A stretch of DNA of 64,000 nucleotides, taken from positions 16,099 to 80,098 of the forward strand of contig JANXAJ010000003.1 of the NCBI GenBank assembly GCA_025062295.1, in the 5' to 3' direction. Each line of letters begins with the position of its first letter. Positions within the stretch are counted from its first letter, which is position 1. Positions 48,889-58,463 of the stretch are shown piece by piece. The position numbers and the translations under genes are program-made. Under the pieces are notes generated by a model. That model was not told the DNA's origin. It saw only the letters and a list, made by a program, of their open reading frames with translations, and did no database searches. This DNA comes from Bacteroidia bacterium. GTDB taxonomy: Bacteria > Bacteroidota > Bacteroidia > SpSt-205.

Positions 48889-50598
48889 ATGCAGGCTGAG
48901 CCGACTCGTTATCGTCTCCGGTGGGACACTCCTCCCCGCTACACTTACATAGTAGAGATAGAAGCCACTCCAGCGAAAGGCAGATATACTGATTTTGCAT
49001 TACCAGCCTGGCGTCCCGGACGCTATATCATTCAAAACTATGCAGCCGCGGTTTCTCATTTCACAGCTTATGATGAGCAAGGACAACCCCTCTCATGGTT
49101 TAAGGTTACCAAAGACCTTTGGCGAGTCCAGAATCCCAGCCGAGGCTCCCTTAGGGTTTCATATCGCTTTCATGCTCGTCAGATAGATGCAGGTTCAAGC
49201 TATCTCTCAGAATCGCTGGTCTATTTCAATCCCATTAATCTCTTGATGTATCTCCCTGACAGAATAGAATCACCGTGTGAGCTTCAGCTTCCCACCCTGC
49301 CGAAAGATTGGGAGATTGCGACGGCTCTCCCACGCACTCCTAATGGGCATTTCTTTGCAAAAAGCTACCATGAGTTAGCGGATTCTCCCTTCCTGAGCGC
49401 CCCTACCCTTCGCAGTGAAAAAATGACCTGCATGGGCGCCACCATCCATGTTCATTTCTGTGGTAGGATGGGTGCCTCCGATCTCTCCGGCTTCCTCCAA
49501 GACCTGTGCAAGATTATTCAGACCCAGACCCACATTTGGGGCAGCCTCCCCCTCTCCGAATATCACTTCATCTATCTTCTGGTCCCATTTCAGATTCGAC
49601 ATGCCGTAGAACATGAATTCAGTGCGATGTTTGTCCTTCCAGAAGAGGGAGCTTCTTCTGAAGAAAGTCTTAGAAGCTTTTTAGGGATTTCAGCGCACGA
49701 ATTTTTTCACATATGGAATGTCAAGCGGCTGCGACCAGCGGCTCTCCTACCCTACCGATATGAGAGAGAAGCCTATACGAGCTTACACTGGCTTACAGAA
49801 GGCATTACAGATTACTATGCTAGCGTTACGCTCGTCCGAGCTGGACTCATGTCTCCCAGCGAGTATTGGAAGCGGCTCAGTGCAGAATTGACCCAGATAG
49901 AAAATACCATTGCTTATCAGCTCTTCTCCCCGAGTGAAATGAGTATAGACAGCTGGCTAGCCACTTCTCCCTATCGCCCAGCCATCTATGAGGGGTCATT
50001 TTATGCAGCGGGCAAACGGATAGGATTTCTCTTAGATATGATTCTGAGACGAGAAACTCAAGGAAAAGTATCCTTAGACTCTCTCCTACGATACCTGTAT
50101 CAGACCTACTACCTTCGGGGAAAAGGCATACCCGAGGATGGAGTGGAAAAAGCAGCAATTCTATTAGCAGGACCTGTAATGAAAGAGTTTTTTAGACGAT
50201 ATGTGAATGGGCGAGACTCTCCTGACTATGAGTCGCTTCTGAAAGGACTGCCGCTGGGAGTAAGATACCGCCGAACCCCATACTCGGGACTCGCTCAGAT
50301 AGGTATCGTGCGAACCCGCCGAGAGACGAGAGGACTCCTAATAGAGCAAGTCCTGCCAGGCAGCCTTTCAGATAATGCAGGAATTGAGGCAGGAGACCTT
50401 CTCTTGACTATCGGCCCTCATAAGGCTAATGAATTACCCTCTGATTTCTGGGAAAGGCTTTCCGATGGGGAAGCCATTCTTCTGAGTGTGAATAGGGATG
50501 GCTCTGCTGCGGATATCATTATCCCTTATCAGCGACGACTTCTCAGTCAGAAGACAGAAATAGAAATCTTTCCTACTCAGAAAGATTTTCACCCGTAA
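48889..50598 (+). CDS. M61-like metallopeptidase with C-terminal PDZ domain
   Basis: HEFFHIWNVKRLRP HExxH motif and a C-terminal PDZ (GLLIEQVLPGSLSDNAGIEAGDLLLTIG). Start chosen at ATG 48889. Confidence 0.65.
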   Translation: MQAEPTRYRLRWDTPPRYTYIVEIEATPAKGRYTDFALPAWRPGRYIIQNYAAAVSHFTAYDEQGQPLSWFKVTKDLWRVQNPSRGSLRVSYRFHARQIDAGSSYLSESLVYFNPINLLMYLPDRIESPCELQLPTLPKDWEIATALPRTPNGHFFAKSYHELADSPFLSAPTLRSEKMTCMGATIHVHFCGRMGASDLSGFLQDLCKIIQTQTHIWGSLPLSEYHFIYLLVPFQIRHAVEHEFSAMFVLPEEGASSEESLRSFLGISAHEFFHIWNVKRLRPAALLPYRYEREAYTSLHWLTEGITDYYASVTLVRAGLMSPSEYWKRLSAELTQIENTIAYQLFSPSEMSIDSWLATSPYRPAIYEGSFYAAGKRIGFLLDMILRRETQGKVSLDSLLRYLYQTYYLRGKGIPEDGVEKAAILLAGPVMKEFFRRYVNGRDSPDYESLLKGLPLGVRYRRTPYSGLAQIGIVRTRRETRGLLIEQVLPGSLSDNAGIEAGDLLLTIGPHKANELPSDFWERLSDGEAILLSVNRDGSAADIIIPYQRRLLSQKTEIEIFPTQKDFHP

Positions 50599-50600
50599 GT

Positions 50601-51194
50601 ATGGCTGAATTTGATGACCGATGGACTCTCTTTTTGGACCGAGACGGTGTGATTAACGTAGAAAGAGTGGGCGGTTATGTACTGAGATGGGCTGATTTTG
50701 AGTTTTTGCCAGGTGTAGAAGCAGCGCTGAAGGTACTCAAGAGCATTTTCGGACGAATCATCGTAGTAACAAATCAGCGGGGAGTAGGTAAAGGACTCAT
50801 GACGCATGAGGAGCTCCAAGCGATCCATCAGCAGATGCGGGCTCACATTGAGGCAGCAGGAGGACGAATAGATGCTATTTATGCCTGCACAGATGCAGAA
50901 GATGAAAGTCCCTGCCGAAAGCCAAATATCGGTATGGCTCTTCAAGCCAAGCGAGACTTTCCTGAGATTGACTTCAAATATTCTATCATGGTCGGCAATA
51001 CAGAGAGCGATATGTACTTCGGTCGAGCTCTGGGCATGCGTACCATCTGGATTGCCTCTCGGAAGCCTTCGCCAGAGCCGCCCTATTTAGCAGAGGCGGT
51101 CTATGCCTCTTTATGGGAATGGACGCAAGCGCTTGAGCGGGGGCAATCCAAGTTTTCTCTTCCAAAATCCGCGAGCTACAGCATAAAAGACTAA
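50601..51194 (+). CDS. gmhB: D-glycero-D-manno-heptose 1,7-bisphosphate phosphatase (HAD-IIIA)
   Basis: LFLDRDGVIN HAD motif I, VVTNQ motif II and the CxC-less GmhB pattern. C-terminal about 40 aa overlap the convergent GT2 gene. Confidence 0.7.
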   Translation: MAEFDDRWTLFLDRDGVINVERVGGYVLRWADFEFLPGVEAALKVLKSIFGRIIVVTNQRGVGKGLMTHEELQAIHQQMRAHIEAAGGRIDAIYACTDAEDESPCRKPNIGMALQAKRDFPEIDFKYSIMVGNTESDMYFGRALGMRTIWIASRKPSPEPPYLAEAVYASLWEWTQALERGQSKFSLPKSASYSIKD

Positions 51195-52079
51195 GTACCG
51201 AACCAGCCAACGCTGAATGAAAGCAGGCTTCCCCTCCACCTTCTGAAGAATCCACCGAGCTATGAATGGCTGCATGAATAGCTGGAGCAAGAAGCGTCGG
51301 CTGCTCTGGTAAAGCCATTTGCCCCCAAAAAGCTCATCCCTGCTTGAAGGATGCTTCTGATGAAGGTAAGGTAGGTTATGCTGAGCCATATCGTAGAGTC
51401 GTATAAGGGCTTCCGATAGGCTTTGCTGAACTCGACTCCATACCGTAGCAGCCGCTATATACCGAAACCTCATCCCTGCTGCAGCAAGGCGATAGCCAAA
51501 CTCTACATCGCCCAAGCCGTATCGCTTTATATTAGGGTCCATGCCTCCTATGCGTCTCATGACCTCTGCGGGCATAAAGGCATTGATTGTAATAAAGTGG
51601 CGAGGACCTGCCATCTGACTGGCACGCACCTGCTCTCTCCAGCGAAGATATATCACCCAAGGATGCGGATTATCCTCTGAAAAGTAAAGTATCCTCCCCA
51701 ACAGCACTTCAGAAGGAAGGGGCTGAACTGCAAAGAACGCCTCCAGCCAAGTAGGCAAAGGAAGACTGTCAGAATCCAAAAAAGCTACCCATTCATGCCG
51801 CTCCAAATAGGGAAGGATGAGATTCCGAGTAGCATTTCGTCCATGATTGCGCCCATCTCCATGCTGCAGCATCACTACATTAGGATGGGAAACTTGCTGA
51901 AGGTACTGCTGGGTTCCATCCGTTGAGCCATCCACACATACATATGCTGTAAAATCTTGATAGGTTTGCTGAGTAAGGGCAGCTAAGCAAAGTCGCAGCT
52001 CCGAAAGATTATTGTAAGTAGGAATGACGACAGCTACTCGGCTCACTGGTGCAAAGTAGCGTTGTATTTTTGGGAGCAT
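51111..52079 (-). CDS. Glycosyltransferase family 2
   Basis: VAVVIPTYNN and CVDGSTDGT (DxD) motifs. Confidence 0.75.
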   Translation of the reverse strand: MLPKIQRYFAPVSRVAVVIPTYNNLSELRLCLAALTQQTYQDFTAYVCVDGSTDGTQQYLQQVSHPNVVMLQHGDGRNHGRNATRNLILPYLERHEWVAFLDSDSLPLPTWLEAFFAVQPLPSEVLLGRILYFSEDNPHPWVIYLRWREQVRASQMAGPRHFITINAFMPAEVMRRIGGMDPNIKRYGLGDVEFGYRLAAAGMRFRYIAAATVWSRVQQSLSEALIRLYDMAQHNLPYLHQKHPSSRDELFGGKWLYQSSRRFLLQLFMQPFIARWILQKVEGKPAFIQRWLVRYLVFYAVARGFWKRKLGLPPLKRLRPFP

Positions 52080-53139
52080 GTGGAGGCATATAGTTGTGGG
52101 GAGTTTTCTATTCTCAGCTTGTGCTCAGCCACCTCTTCCCGAGGGAGCGCCTCCTTCCCTCCGCTATTCTCAGGAGAAGCATTTAGGTCGTATTCGTCAG
52201 CTCACCTTCGGCGGCAACAACGCGGAGGGCTACTTTGATCCTACAGGTCAGCGCATTGTCTTTCAGAGCGACTGGGTAGAAATCAATCCACAAGGATGCG
52301 ATCAAGTTTTTCTAATGGAACTCACCGATGACCCCCCTCGGTATCGCCGCATTTCTACTGGGAGAGGACGCACCACCTGCAGCTTTTTCTTACCCGATGG
52401 GCGGATTATCTACGCTTCTACTCACCTTCAGGGAGACAGTTGCCCGACCCCTCCTGCTTATAAGGGACGGTATGTATGGCCCCTCTACGAGTATGATCTC
52501 TATATTTATGACCCTCGTACAGATTCACTGACAGCCTTTTTACCTGCAAAAGGATACGATGCTGAAGCGGTCGTTTCGCCAAATGGACGCTACTTACTCT
52601 TTACTTCTCAGCGGGGAGGTGATTTAGACCTGTGGTTGTATGACTTTGAGACACAGACGCTGCGCCAACTTACGAACGAGATAGGGTACGACGGGGGGGG
52701 CTTCTTTGGACCTGACTCTAAGACGATTGTATGGCGCGCTAGTCGTCCAAAAGGACCCCAGACAGACATCTACCGCACTCTTTTAGCCCAAGGAATGGTA
52801 GAGCCGACCGAAATGCAAATCTTCATCATGCATATAGACAGCCTCATACCTCGTCAGGTTACCACGCTGCCAGGGGCTAACTGGGCTCCTTACTTTCATC
52901 CAAGCGGAAAGAAGATTATTTTTTCAAGCAATCATCACTCCCTTCGCACGGGCGGTCGCACTTTCAACTTATTCATGATAAATGTGGATGGTACAGGGTT
53001 AGAGCAAATTACTTTTGATCCTCAATTTGATGCCTTTCCCATGTTCTCTCCTGATGGAAAAAAGCTGATTTGGGCAAGCAATCGGGGAGGACATCGTCCA
53101 AGAGAGACGAATCTCTTCATCGCCGACTGGATTGAGTAA
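52078..53139 (+). CDS. PD40 / TolB-like beta-propeller lipoprotein
   Basis: N-terminal lipoprotein-like signal (VVGSFLFSAC). Repeated FSPDG/SP.G..L.F.S.R PD40 units. Confidence 0.6.
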   Translation: MWRHIVVGSFLFSACAQPPLPEGAPPSLRYSQEKHLGRIRQLTFGGNNAEGYFDPTGQRIVFQSDWVEINPQGCDQVFLMELTDDPPRYRRISTGRGRTTCSFFLPDGRIIYASTHLQGDSCPTPPAYKGRYVWPLYEYDLYIYDPRTDSLTAFLPAKGYDAEAVVSPNGRYLLFTSQRGGDLDLWLYDFETQTLRQLTNEIGYDGGGFFGPDSKTIVWRASRPKGPQTDIYRTLLAQGMVEPTEMQIFIMHIDSLIPRQVTTLPGANWAPYFHPSGKKIIFSSNHHSLRTGGRTFNLFMINVDGTGLEQITFDPQFDAFPMFSPDGKKLIWASNRGGHRPRETNLFIADWIE

Positions 53140-54020
53140 TGGGTCTTCGACTGCTTGGAAGCTGTATAGGACTTTCCCTTCTGACGAGTAGTACGAAGCT
53201 GAATCTTCTTTGGAGCTTCCCAGTAGGGGAAAAGGTAGATACCCCTGCTTTTGCTCAGCTTCTGCTACCGCCTGTCAAGATTGTAGGCAGTAGCCTTCAG
53301 CGGGTGCGGCATGCGCTGGCCTTGCACTCGGGACGGAGCTACCCTGGGTGGGCACGAGAAATAGCTCGCCAATGGCAAGGCCTACCTTATGGTAGTGGGG
53401 GCAAAGGACTCGGTCCTCAAGAGCTTCTCCTCAACTTAGAGCAAATGGACTGTATGACTGCCGTAGAGAATCTAATGGCGCTTCATTTGACCCATCAGCA
53501 CCAGACCTCTTCCATTCAGGACTTCATTCGCTTCCTTTCAGAGGTGCGATACCAAGCTCTGCCTCCCTGCCGATGGGAAGATCGATATCATTATCTTACT
53601 CATGCATTCATAGAATGGGAAGAGAAAGGCTGGGGAAGCTGGCTCCCATTTGGTTCTCCAGAAAGCCGAGAGGTTTTTTATATCACCAAACATCGGAAAA
53701 ACTACTCTGGCTTCTCAGACTGGCACTTCATCAAGGCTATAGAGGCTCGCCTCTCCTCTCATCCCAGGTATTGCATCTCTTCAGAAAGGATTGGAGAATG
53801 GCTTCCATTTCTTCAGGATGGCGACTTGATTGCGTTTGTCTCTTCAGAAGAGGGACTTGATGTGTCGCATGTAGGGGTATTTTTTTGGGAGAAAGACCGG
53901 CCTACATTTGCTCATGCTTCCTTGAGAGCAAAAAAGTGGGTCTACGGGGAAGATCTCTGTGCTTATTTAGATAGGAGAAAGAGCAAAATTAAAGGTATTT
54001 GCGTCTTTCGTCCCTTCTGA
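53139..54020 (+). CDS. Hypothetical protein, possibly DUF1460 (NlpC/P60-like amidase fold)
   Basis: Intact ORF, 1-nt overlap with upstream stop. Candidate Cys (LEQMDCMTAVENL) and His residues. Confidence 0.4.
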   Translation: MGLRLLGSCIGLSLLTSSTKLNLLWSFPVGEKVDTPAFAQLLLPPVKIVGSSLQRVRHALALHSGRSYPGWAREIARQWQGLPYGSGGKGLGPQELLLNLEQMDCMTAVENLMALHLTHQHQTSSIQDFIRFLSEVRYQALPPCRWEDRYHYLTHAFIEWEEKGWGSWLPFGSPESREVFYITKHRKNYSGFSDWHFIKAIEARLSSHPRYCISSERIGEWLPFLQDGDLIAFVSSEEGLDVSHVGVFFWEKDRPTFAHASLRAKKWVYGEDLCAYLDRRKSKIKGICVFRPF

Positions 54021-54892
54021 TGCAGAGGTATGCATTGATGGTCTCCTACGATGGCACACGCTATTCTGGATGGCAGCGACAGCCGGCAATTCCTTCTGTA
54101 GCTGGTACGATAGAAGGTGTACTTGAACGGCTGCTTGGGAGGGCTGTACGATTGACTGGGGCTGGACGAACAGATGCTGGGGTTCATGCCTACCAGCAAG
54201 TAGCTCACTGGGAGATCGATCGGCCTCTTCCCCACCCTTTTCTTCCTCGCTTGAATGCCCTCCTGCCGAGTGACATCCGAGCATTAGCTCTCTACCAAAC
54301 TGCTCCAGAGTTCCATGCCCGACATTCTGCTCAGAAGCGAACCTACCGCTACTACATCCACTGGGTGCCCAATCCCTTCAAACGTTCTTACAGTTTCTTT
54401 TTGCCCCAGCCCCTACCCCTTTCTCTTTTACGAGGAGCCGCAAGCCTCCTTGTGGGCACGCATGAGTTTTCAGCTTTCACCAGAGACCTAAAAAGTCAGA
54501 CAAGACTTGATTGCCATATCTTTCACACCACATGGGAGCAAGCGGAGGAAGGCTCCGCTTTTTTTGAGATTCAGGCAAATAGATTTCTTCGGGGAATGGT
54601 ACGAGCGCTGGTAGGAGCCCAGATTCGGCTCGCACAAGGCAAATTGAAGTGGGAGACTTTCCTATCTGCCCTTACACAAGGAGATCGAAGATGGGGCATG
54701 TATCTTGCCCCCCCTCAGGGACTTTTCTTATGGAGAGTAGAATATCCCCCCAATCTCTTATATTTGCTGGAAGGGTATGACTCCTTCTGGACTGCGACAG
54801 GTACAGCGTCAGCTTATTCGCCAGAACCAACGCCAAATCCAACTGGCTCGTCTCTTAGAGGTACCAGCGGAGGAGCTGGAGAAATACATTAG
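53999..54892 (+). CDS. truA: tRNA pseudouridine(38-40) synthase TruA (with about 45-aa C-terminal extension)
   Basis: LMVSYDGTRYSGWQRQP and GAGRTDAGVHA catalytic Asp motif. Confidence 0.8.
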   Translation: MRLSSLLMQRYALMVSYDGTRYSGWQRQPAIPSVAGTIEGVLERLLGRAVRLTGAGRTDAGVHAYQQVAHWEIDRPLPHPFLPRLNALLPSDIRALALYQTAPEFHARHSAQKRTYRYYIHWVPNPFKRSYSFFLPQPLPLSLLRGAASLLVGTHEFSAFTRDLKSQTRLDCHIFHTTWEQAEEGSAFFEIQANRFLRGMVRALVGAQIRLAQGKLKWETFLSALTQGDRRWGMYLAPPQGLFLWRVEYPPNLLYLLEGYDSFWTATGTASAYSPEPTPNPTGSSLRGTSGGAGEIH

Positions 54893-56210
54893 CCAAGAAG
54901 TTGAAAAAAACGACGCCCTGGAAGTAGAACTTTCTCTCCCTGAGGCCCCGATTATCATACGCAATAGCTTCATTCCCTCCTCTTCAGAGTCAGATCAGAC
55001 AGAATCGCCCGAGCCATCTCCTGCGCCTCTTTCCGCTGACGATTCCGAAGACTATTATGGACCCTACAACTTCAGTCCTGCACGCACTCTATACGAGTCG
55101 CTTCTTGAGCAGCTCTCGGCATTAGAGCTAAACGAGAGAGAGCGCAAGATTGCTGAATATCTCATTGGTAATCTTGATGAACGGGGTTATCTCTCTGAAT
55201 CTCTTAGCAAGCTTTCGCGACTCTTTTCTCTCAGTCTGAATGAGGGGTTTGCTGTCTCTGAAGCAGAAATGGAAGCGGTTCTTCAGAAGCTTCAAGGTTT
55301 AGACCCTCCTGGCATCGGGGCTCGCTCGCTTCAAGAGGCTCTTTACCTTCAAGCTCGCGCGCTTCCCTCGGATGAACCATTGAAGCCTTATCTTCTTCGC
55401 CTTCTCAAGGAAGATTTTCACTTATTTTCTCAGCGGAAGTTTGAGAAGCTGCGCAGTAAGTATGGACTCTCTGAGTCTGAATGGAATGCTTTGATAGAGA
55501 GACTGCGGAGCTTTTCACTCTCACCCGGCGCTGCTTTTTCTGAGGAGACAGCACCACAGGTTCAGCCGGACTTTGTCCTACACATTGAAGCGGATGGAAC
55601 TTTGAAGGTTGAGTTAGTTCAGTGGCATACCCCTCGCCTGCGCATCAATCCTGCATATAAGCGCCTCCTCCATCAGTATTCTCAAAGAAAGGCAGAGGGA
55701 GAAGCAGCAGAAGCGCTTCGCTATCTCAAAGAGCGAGTAGAAAAAGCTGAGCGATTCATTGAGCTGCTGCGGCAACGGGAATACACCCTTCTTCACACAG
55801 CAGAAGAAATAGTACGACAGCAGCGGGCTTTCTTCCTGAGCGGGTGTGATGAGCGGCACTTACGCCCCCTCGTCTTACGAGAAGTGGCTCAAGCCGTAAA
55901 AGTAGATATTTCTACAGTAAGCCGAGTTGTCAATAGTAAGTATATAGAAACCCCATGCGGTATCTATCCTCTCAAGTACTTCTTCTCGGAGGGACTCACT
56001 GCTCGAGATGGGAAGAAAGTCTCAAACAAAGCCGTTAAGCGCCTCCTTCAGGACTTAATTGCCCAAGAGCCGCATGAAAAGCCCTACTCAGATGAAAAGT
56101 TAGTGGAGCTCCTTCAGGAACGGGGCATCTCTATCAAACGGCGTACAGTGGCAAAATACCGAGAGCAATTAGGCATCCCCTCAGCACGCGAGCGGAAATC
56201 CATCGTATAA
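54777..56210 (+). CDS. rpoN: RNA polymerase sigma-54 factor
   Basis: Gln/Leu-rich region I at the N-terminus. C-terminal RpoN box RRTVAKYRE and HTH. Confidence 0.8.
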   Translation: MTPSGLRQVQRQLIRQNQRQIQLARLLEVPAEELEKYISQEVEKNDALEVELSLPEAPIIIRNSFIPSSSESDQTESPEPSPAPLSADDSEDYYGPYNFSPARTLYESLLEQLSALELNERERKIAEYLIGNLDERGYLSESLSKLSRLFSLSLNEGFAVSEAEMEAVLQKLQGLDPPGIGARSLQEALYLQARALPSDEPLKPYLLRLLKEDFHLFSQRKFEKLRSKYGLSESEWNALIERLRSFSLSPGAAFSEETAPQVQPDFVLHIEADGTLKVELVQWHTPRLRINPAYKRLLHQYSQRKAEGEAAEALRYLKERVEKAERFIELLRQREYTLLHTAEEIVRQQRAFFLSGCDERHLRPLVLREVAQAVKVDISTVSRVVNSKYIETPCGIYPLKYFFSEGLTARDGKKVSNKAVKRLLQDLIAQEPHEKPYSDEKLVELLQERGISIKRRTVAKYREQLGIPSARERKSIV

Positions 56211-56219
56211 CTTTGTACC

Positions 56220-56645
56220 ATGGCGGCTACTTCTATACCGAAGCGAACCCTGTTGCTTGGGCGATCCTCAGAATGTGATGTAATCCTCAATCATCCAGAG
56301 GTGTCTGGACGACATGCCCTTCTCACCATACTCCCTGATGGCAAAGTAGAAGTAAGAGATGTCGGTTCTACGAATGGAACCTTCATCAATGGACAGCGAG
56401 TAATGACTGGCATTCTTCAGACAGGGGATAAACTGACGTTGGGGACCTACGCTGTAGACTGGGAAGAGATTCTGAAAAATCCACCTCCTCCTACGAGCGG
56501 AAGTGGTAGTGCCACTCGCATCACCCGCATCCGCTATAGCTCAAAGGGCCTTCCTCAGACCTTCTTGTGGGTCGCTGTAGCCATCTTAGTTGTATTAGGC
56601 ATTCTCTGGTTTTTTGTACGCCCATGGGTCTTTCAGCCGAAGTGA
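56220..56645 (+). CDS. FHA-domain protein with C-terminal transmembrane anchor
   Basis: FHA core LLLGRSSECDVILNHPEVSGRHALL...STNGTFINGQRV. C-terminal TM FLWVAVAILVVLGILWFFV. Confidence 0.7.
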   Translation: MAATSIPKRTLLLGRSSECDVILNHPEVSGRHALLTILPDGKVEVRDVGSTNGTFINGQRVMTGILQTGDKLTLGTYAVDWEEILKNPPPPTSGSGSATRITRIRYSSKGLPQTFLWVAVAILVVLGILWFFVRPWVFQPK

Positions 56646-58021
56646 ATCCTGCCTCACTTTCCGCTGAGGAGCTGTGGCAGCGGTGCTTGGAAGTGATCCA
56701 GAATAATTTCGGCTCCAATCCAGCTCCCATCCGCACTTTTCTCAGCGCCGTCCATCCCCTCTCCCTGAATGAGGGTGTCCTGACCCTGCGGGTACCGAGC
56801 CAGTTTTTCTACGAGTATATCGAAGAGCATTTTTCTCGGCTCATCGTACGAACCCTCCGTCGTTTGCTGGGTCCTCAAGCTCGATTAGAGTATCATGTCA
56901 TGACAGCAGCAGAAGCAGCACCTATGCGCCTTCCTTCTCAAGAGCTTCCTCCACCCACTGTCTTTCCAGGTTTGCGAACTGGACAGCCCTTCCCCACCAA
57001 CCTAAATCCCAAATATACCTTTGAAAACTTCATAGAAGGAGAATGCAATCGTCTGGCTCGCAGCGCTGGCATGACCGTAGCTCAAAGGCCCGGTCAAACT
57101 GCCTTTAATCCTCTCTTTATCTATGGAGAGGTCGGACAGGGAAAGACTCATCTCGCTCATGCTATAGGAAATTATGCTCGTCTTCTGCATCCTGAAAAGG
57201 TGCTCCTTTACTTGACTTCAGAGCGTTTTACTCAAGAATACACCGAGGCAGTACGCAATAAAAAAGTAAGCGATTTTTTACAGCGCCTTCAATCTATAGA
57301 CCTCCTGATTGTAGATGATATTCAGTTTTTAGTGGGCAAGCCTGCTACTCAGGACATGTTTTTCCACATTTTCAATCACCTTCATCAGAAAAGCCGCCAG
57401 ATCGTAATCACAGCGGATACCCCTCCTTCCGAACTGCGAGGAATGGAGGAGCGAATCATTTCTCGTTTTGCATGGGGCCTTGCTGCCCCTCTTTATCCAC
57501 CTGATTATGAGACCCGCTTAGCTATCCTCCGATTCAAGCTTCGCCAGGAGGGAATAGATATTCCTGAAGACATCTTAGTTTATTTAGCCGAGAATGTTCA
57601 AAGCCACGTGCGAGACTTAGAGGGAGTGGTAATTCAATTACTGGCAGAGACTTCTATCCGAAGACGAGAGCTCTCTCTGAATTTAGCCCGAGAGATTGTG
57701 AGCCGCTTCAAGCCAATGCGCCATCGCGCGATAACAGTAGAGAACATTCTGAAAGTAGTTTCTAATTATTTTAAGATTCATGTCGACGAACTCACAGGAA
57801 AATCCCGACGAAAAGAAGTAGCCTATGCCCGCCATCTGGCTGTGTATCTGGCTCGGAAGCATACCCGTCATGCTTTGAAAGCTCTCGGGGAATATTTCGG
57901 TGGGCGAGACCATTCTACGATCCTCCATAGTTGTCAATGGGTCCAAGAAATGCTTCACCTCAATCAAGAGCTCAACAGGCATGTTCAAGACTTGGAACGC
58001 ATCCTTCTTAGAGCATCTTAG
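56624..58021 (+). CDS. dnaA: Chromosomal replication initiator DnaA
   Basis: AAA+ Walker A GEVGQGKTHL. Domain IV signature KSRRKEVAYARHLAVYLARK. Confidence 0.9.
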   Translation: MGLSAEVNPASLSAEELWQRCLEVIQNNFGSNPAPIRTFLSAVHPLSLNEGVLTLRVPSQFFYEYIEEHFSRLIVRTLRRLLGPQARLEYHVMTAAEAAPMRLPSQELPPPTVFPGLRTGQPFPTNLNPKYTFENFIEGECNRLARSAGMTVAQRPGQTAFNPLFIYGEVGQGKTHLAHAIGNYARLLHPEKVLLYLTSERFTQEYTEAVRNKKVSDFLQRLQSIDLLIVDDIQFLVGKPATQDMFFHIFNHLHQKSRQIVITADTPPSELRGMEERIISRFAWGLAAPLYPPDYETRLAILRFKLRQEGIDIPEDILVYLAENVQSHVRDLEGVVIQLLAETSIRRRELSLNLAREIVSRFKPMRHRAITVENILKVVSNYFKIHVDELTGKSRRKEVAYARHLAVYLARKHTRHALKALGEYFGGRDHSTILHSCQWVQEMLHLNQELNRHVQDLERILLRAS

Positions 58022-58463
58022 AGGATTTGGGAAGATAGAGGCCAAGCCTTTTGGCTATCACCTTCATCTGAGCGAGCCTCTCCGCTGGAGGGAAGTTGCT
58101 TTGATCTTAAAAGAAGAGGGGGAGGTAGAGTATTTCGTAGCCCTCACGGCTACGCATAAACCCCCTCTGATACAGCTCCGCTATGATCTGCGAAGCCTTC
58201 TGAATCTGATAGACATATCTGTATCGTTTCTGATACCAGAGACCGAAGCTGTGCCTTCAGTCGCTGACATATGGAAAGCAGCCGAATGGCAAGAGCGAGA
58301 AGCGTATGACCTCGTAGGCGTGAGGTTTGAAGGTCATCCTAATCTCAAGCGCCTCCTTCTCCCAGAAGATTGGGTAGGACATCCCCTTCGGCAGGACTAC
58401 GAATTTCCCTCTGCGTATAGGGAAGTGCCTCTTCTGTATCAACCGCCTGATGCCTCGGTTTGA
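57981..58463 (+). CDS. Stand-alone NuoC-like (respiratory complex I 30 kDa subunit family) protein
   Basis: Diagnostic NuoC segment ERE.YDL.G..FEGHPNLKRLLLPEDWVGHPLRQDY. Start uncertain: ATG 57981 overlaps the dnaA end by 41 nt. Confidence 0.55.
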   Translation: MFKTWNASFLEHLRGFGKIEAKPFGYHLHLSEPLRWREVALILKEEGEVEYFVALTATHKPPLIQLRYDLRSLLNLIDISVSFLIPETEAVPSVADIWKAAEWQEREAYDLVGVRFEGHPNLKRLLLPEDWVGHPLRQDYEFPSAYREVPLLYQPPDASV

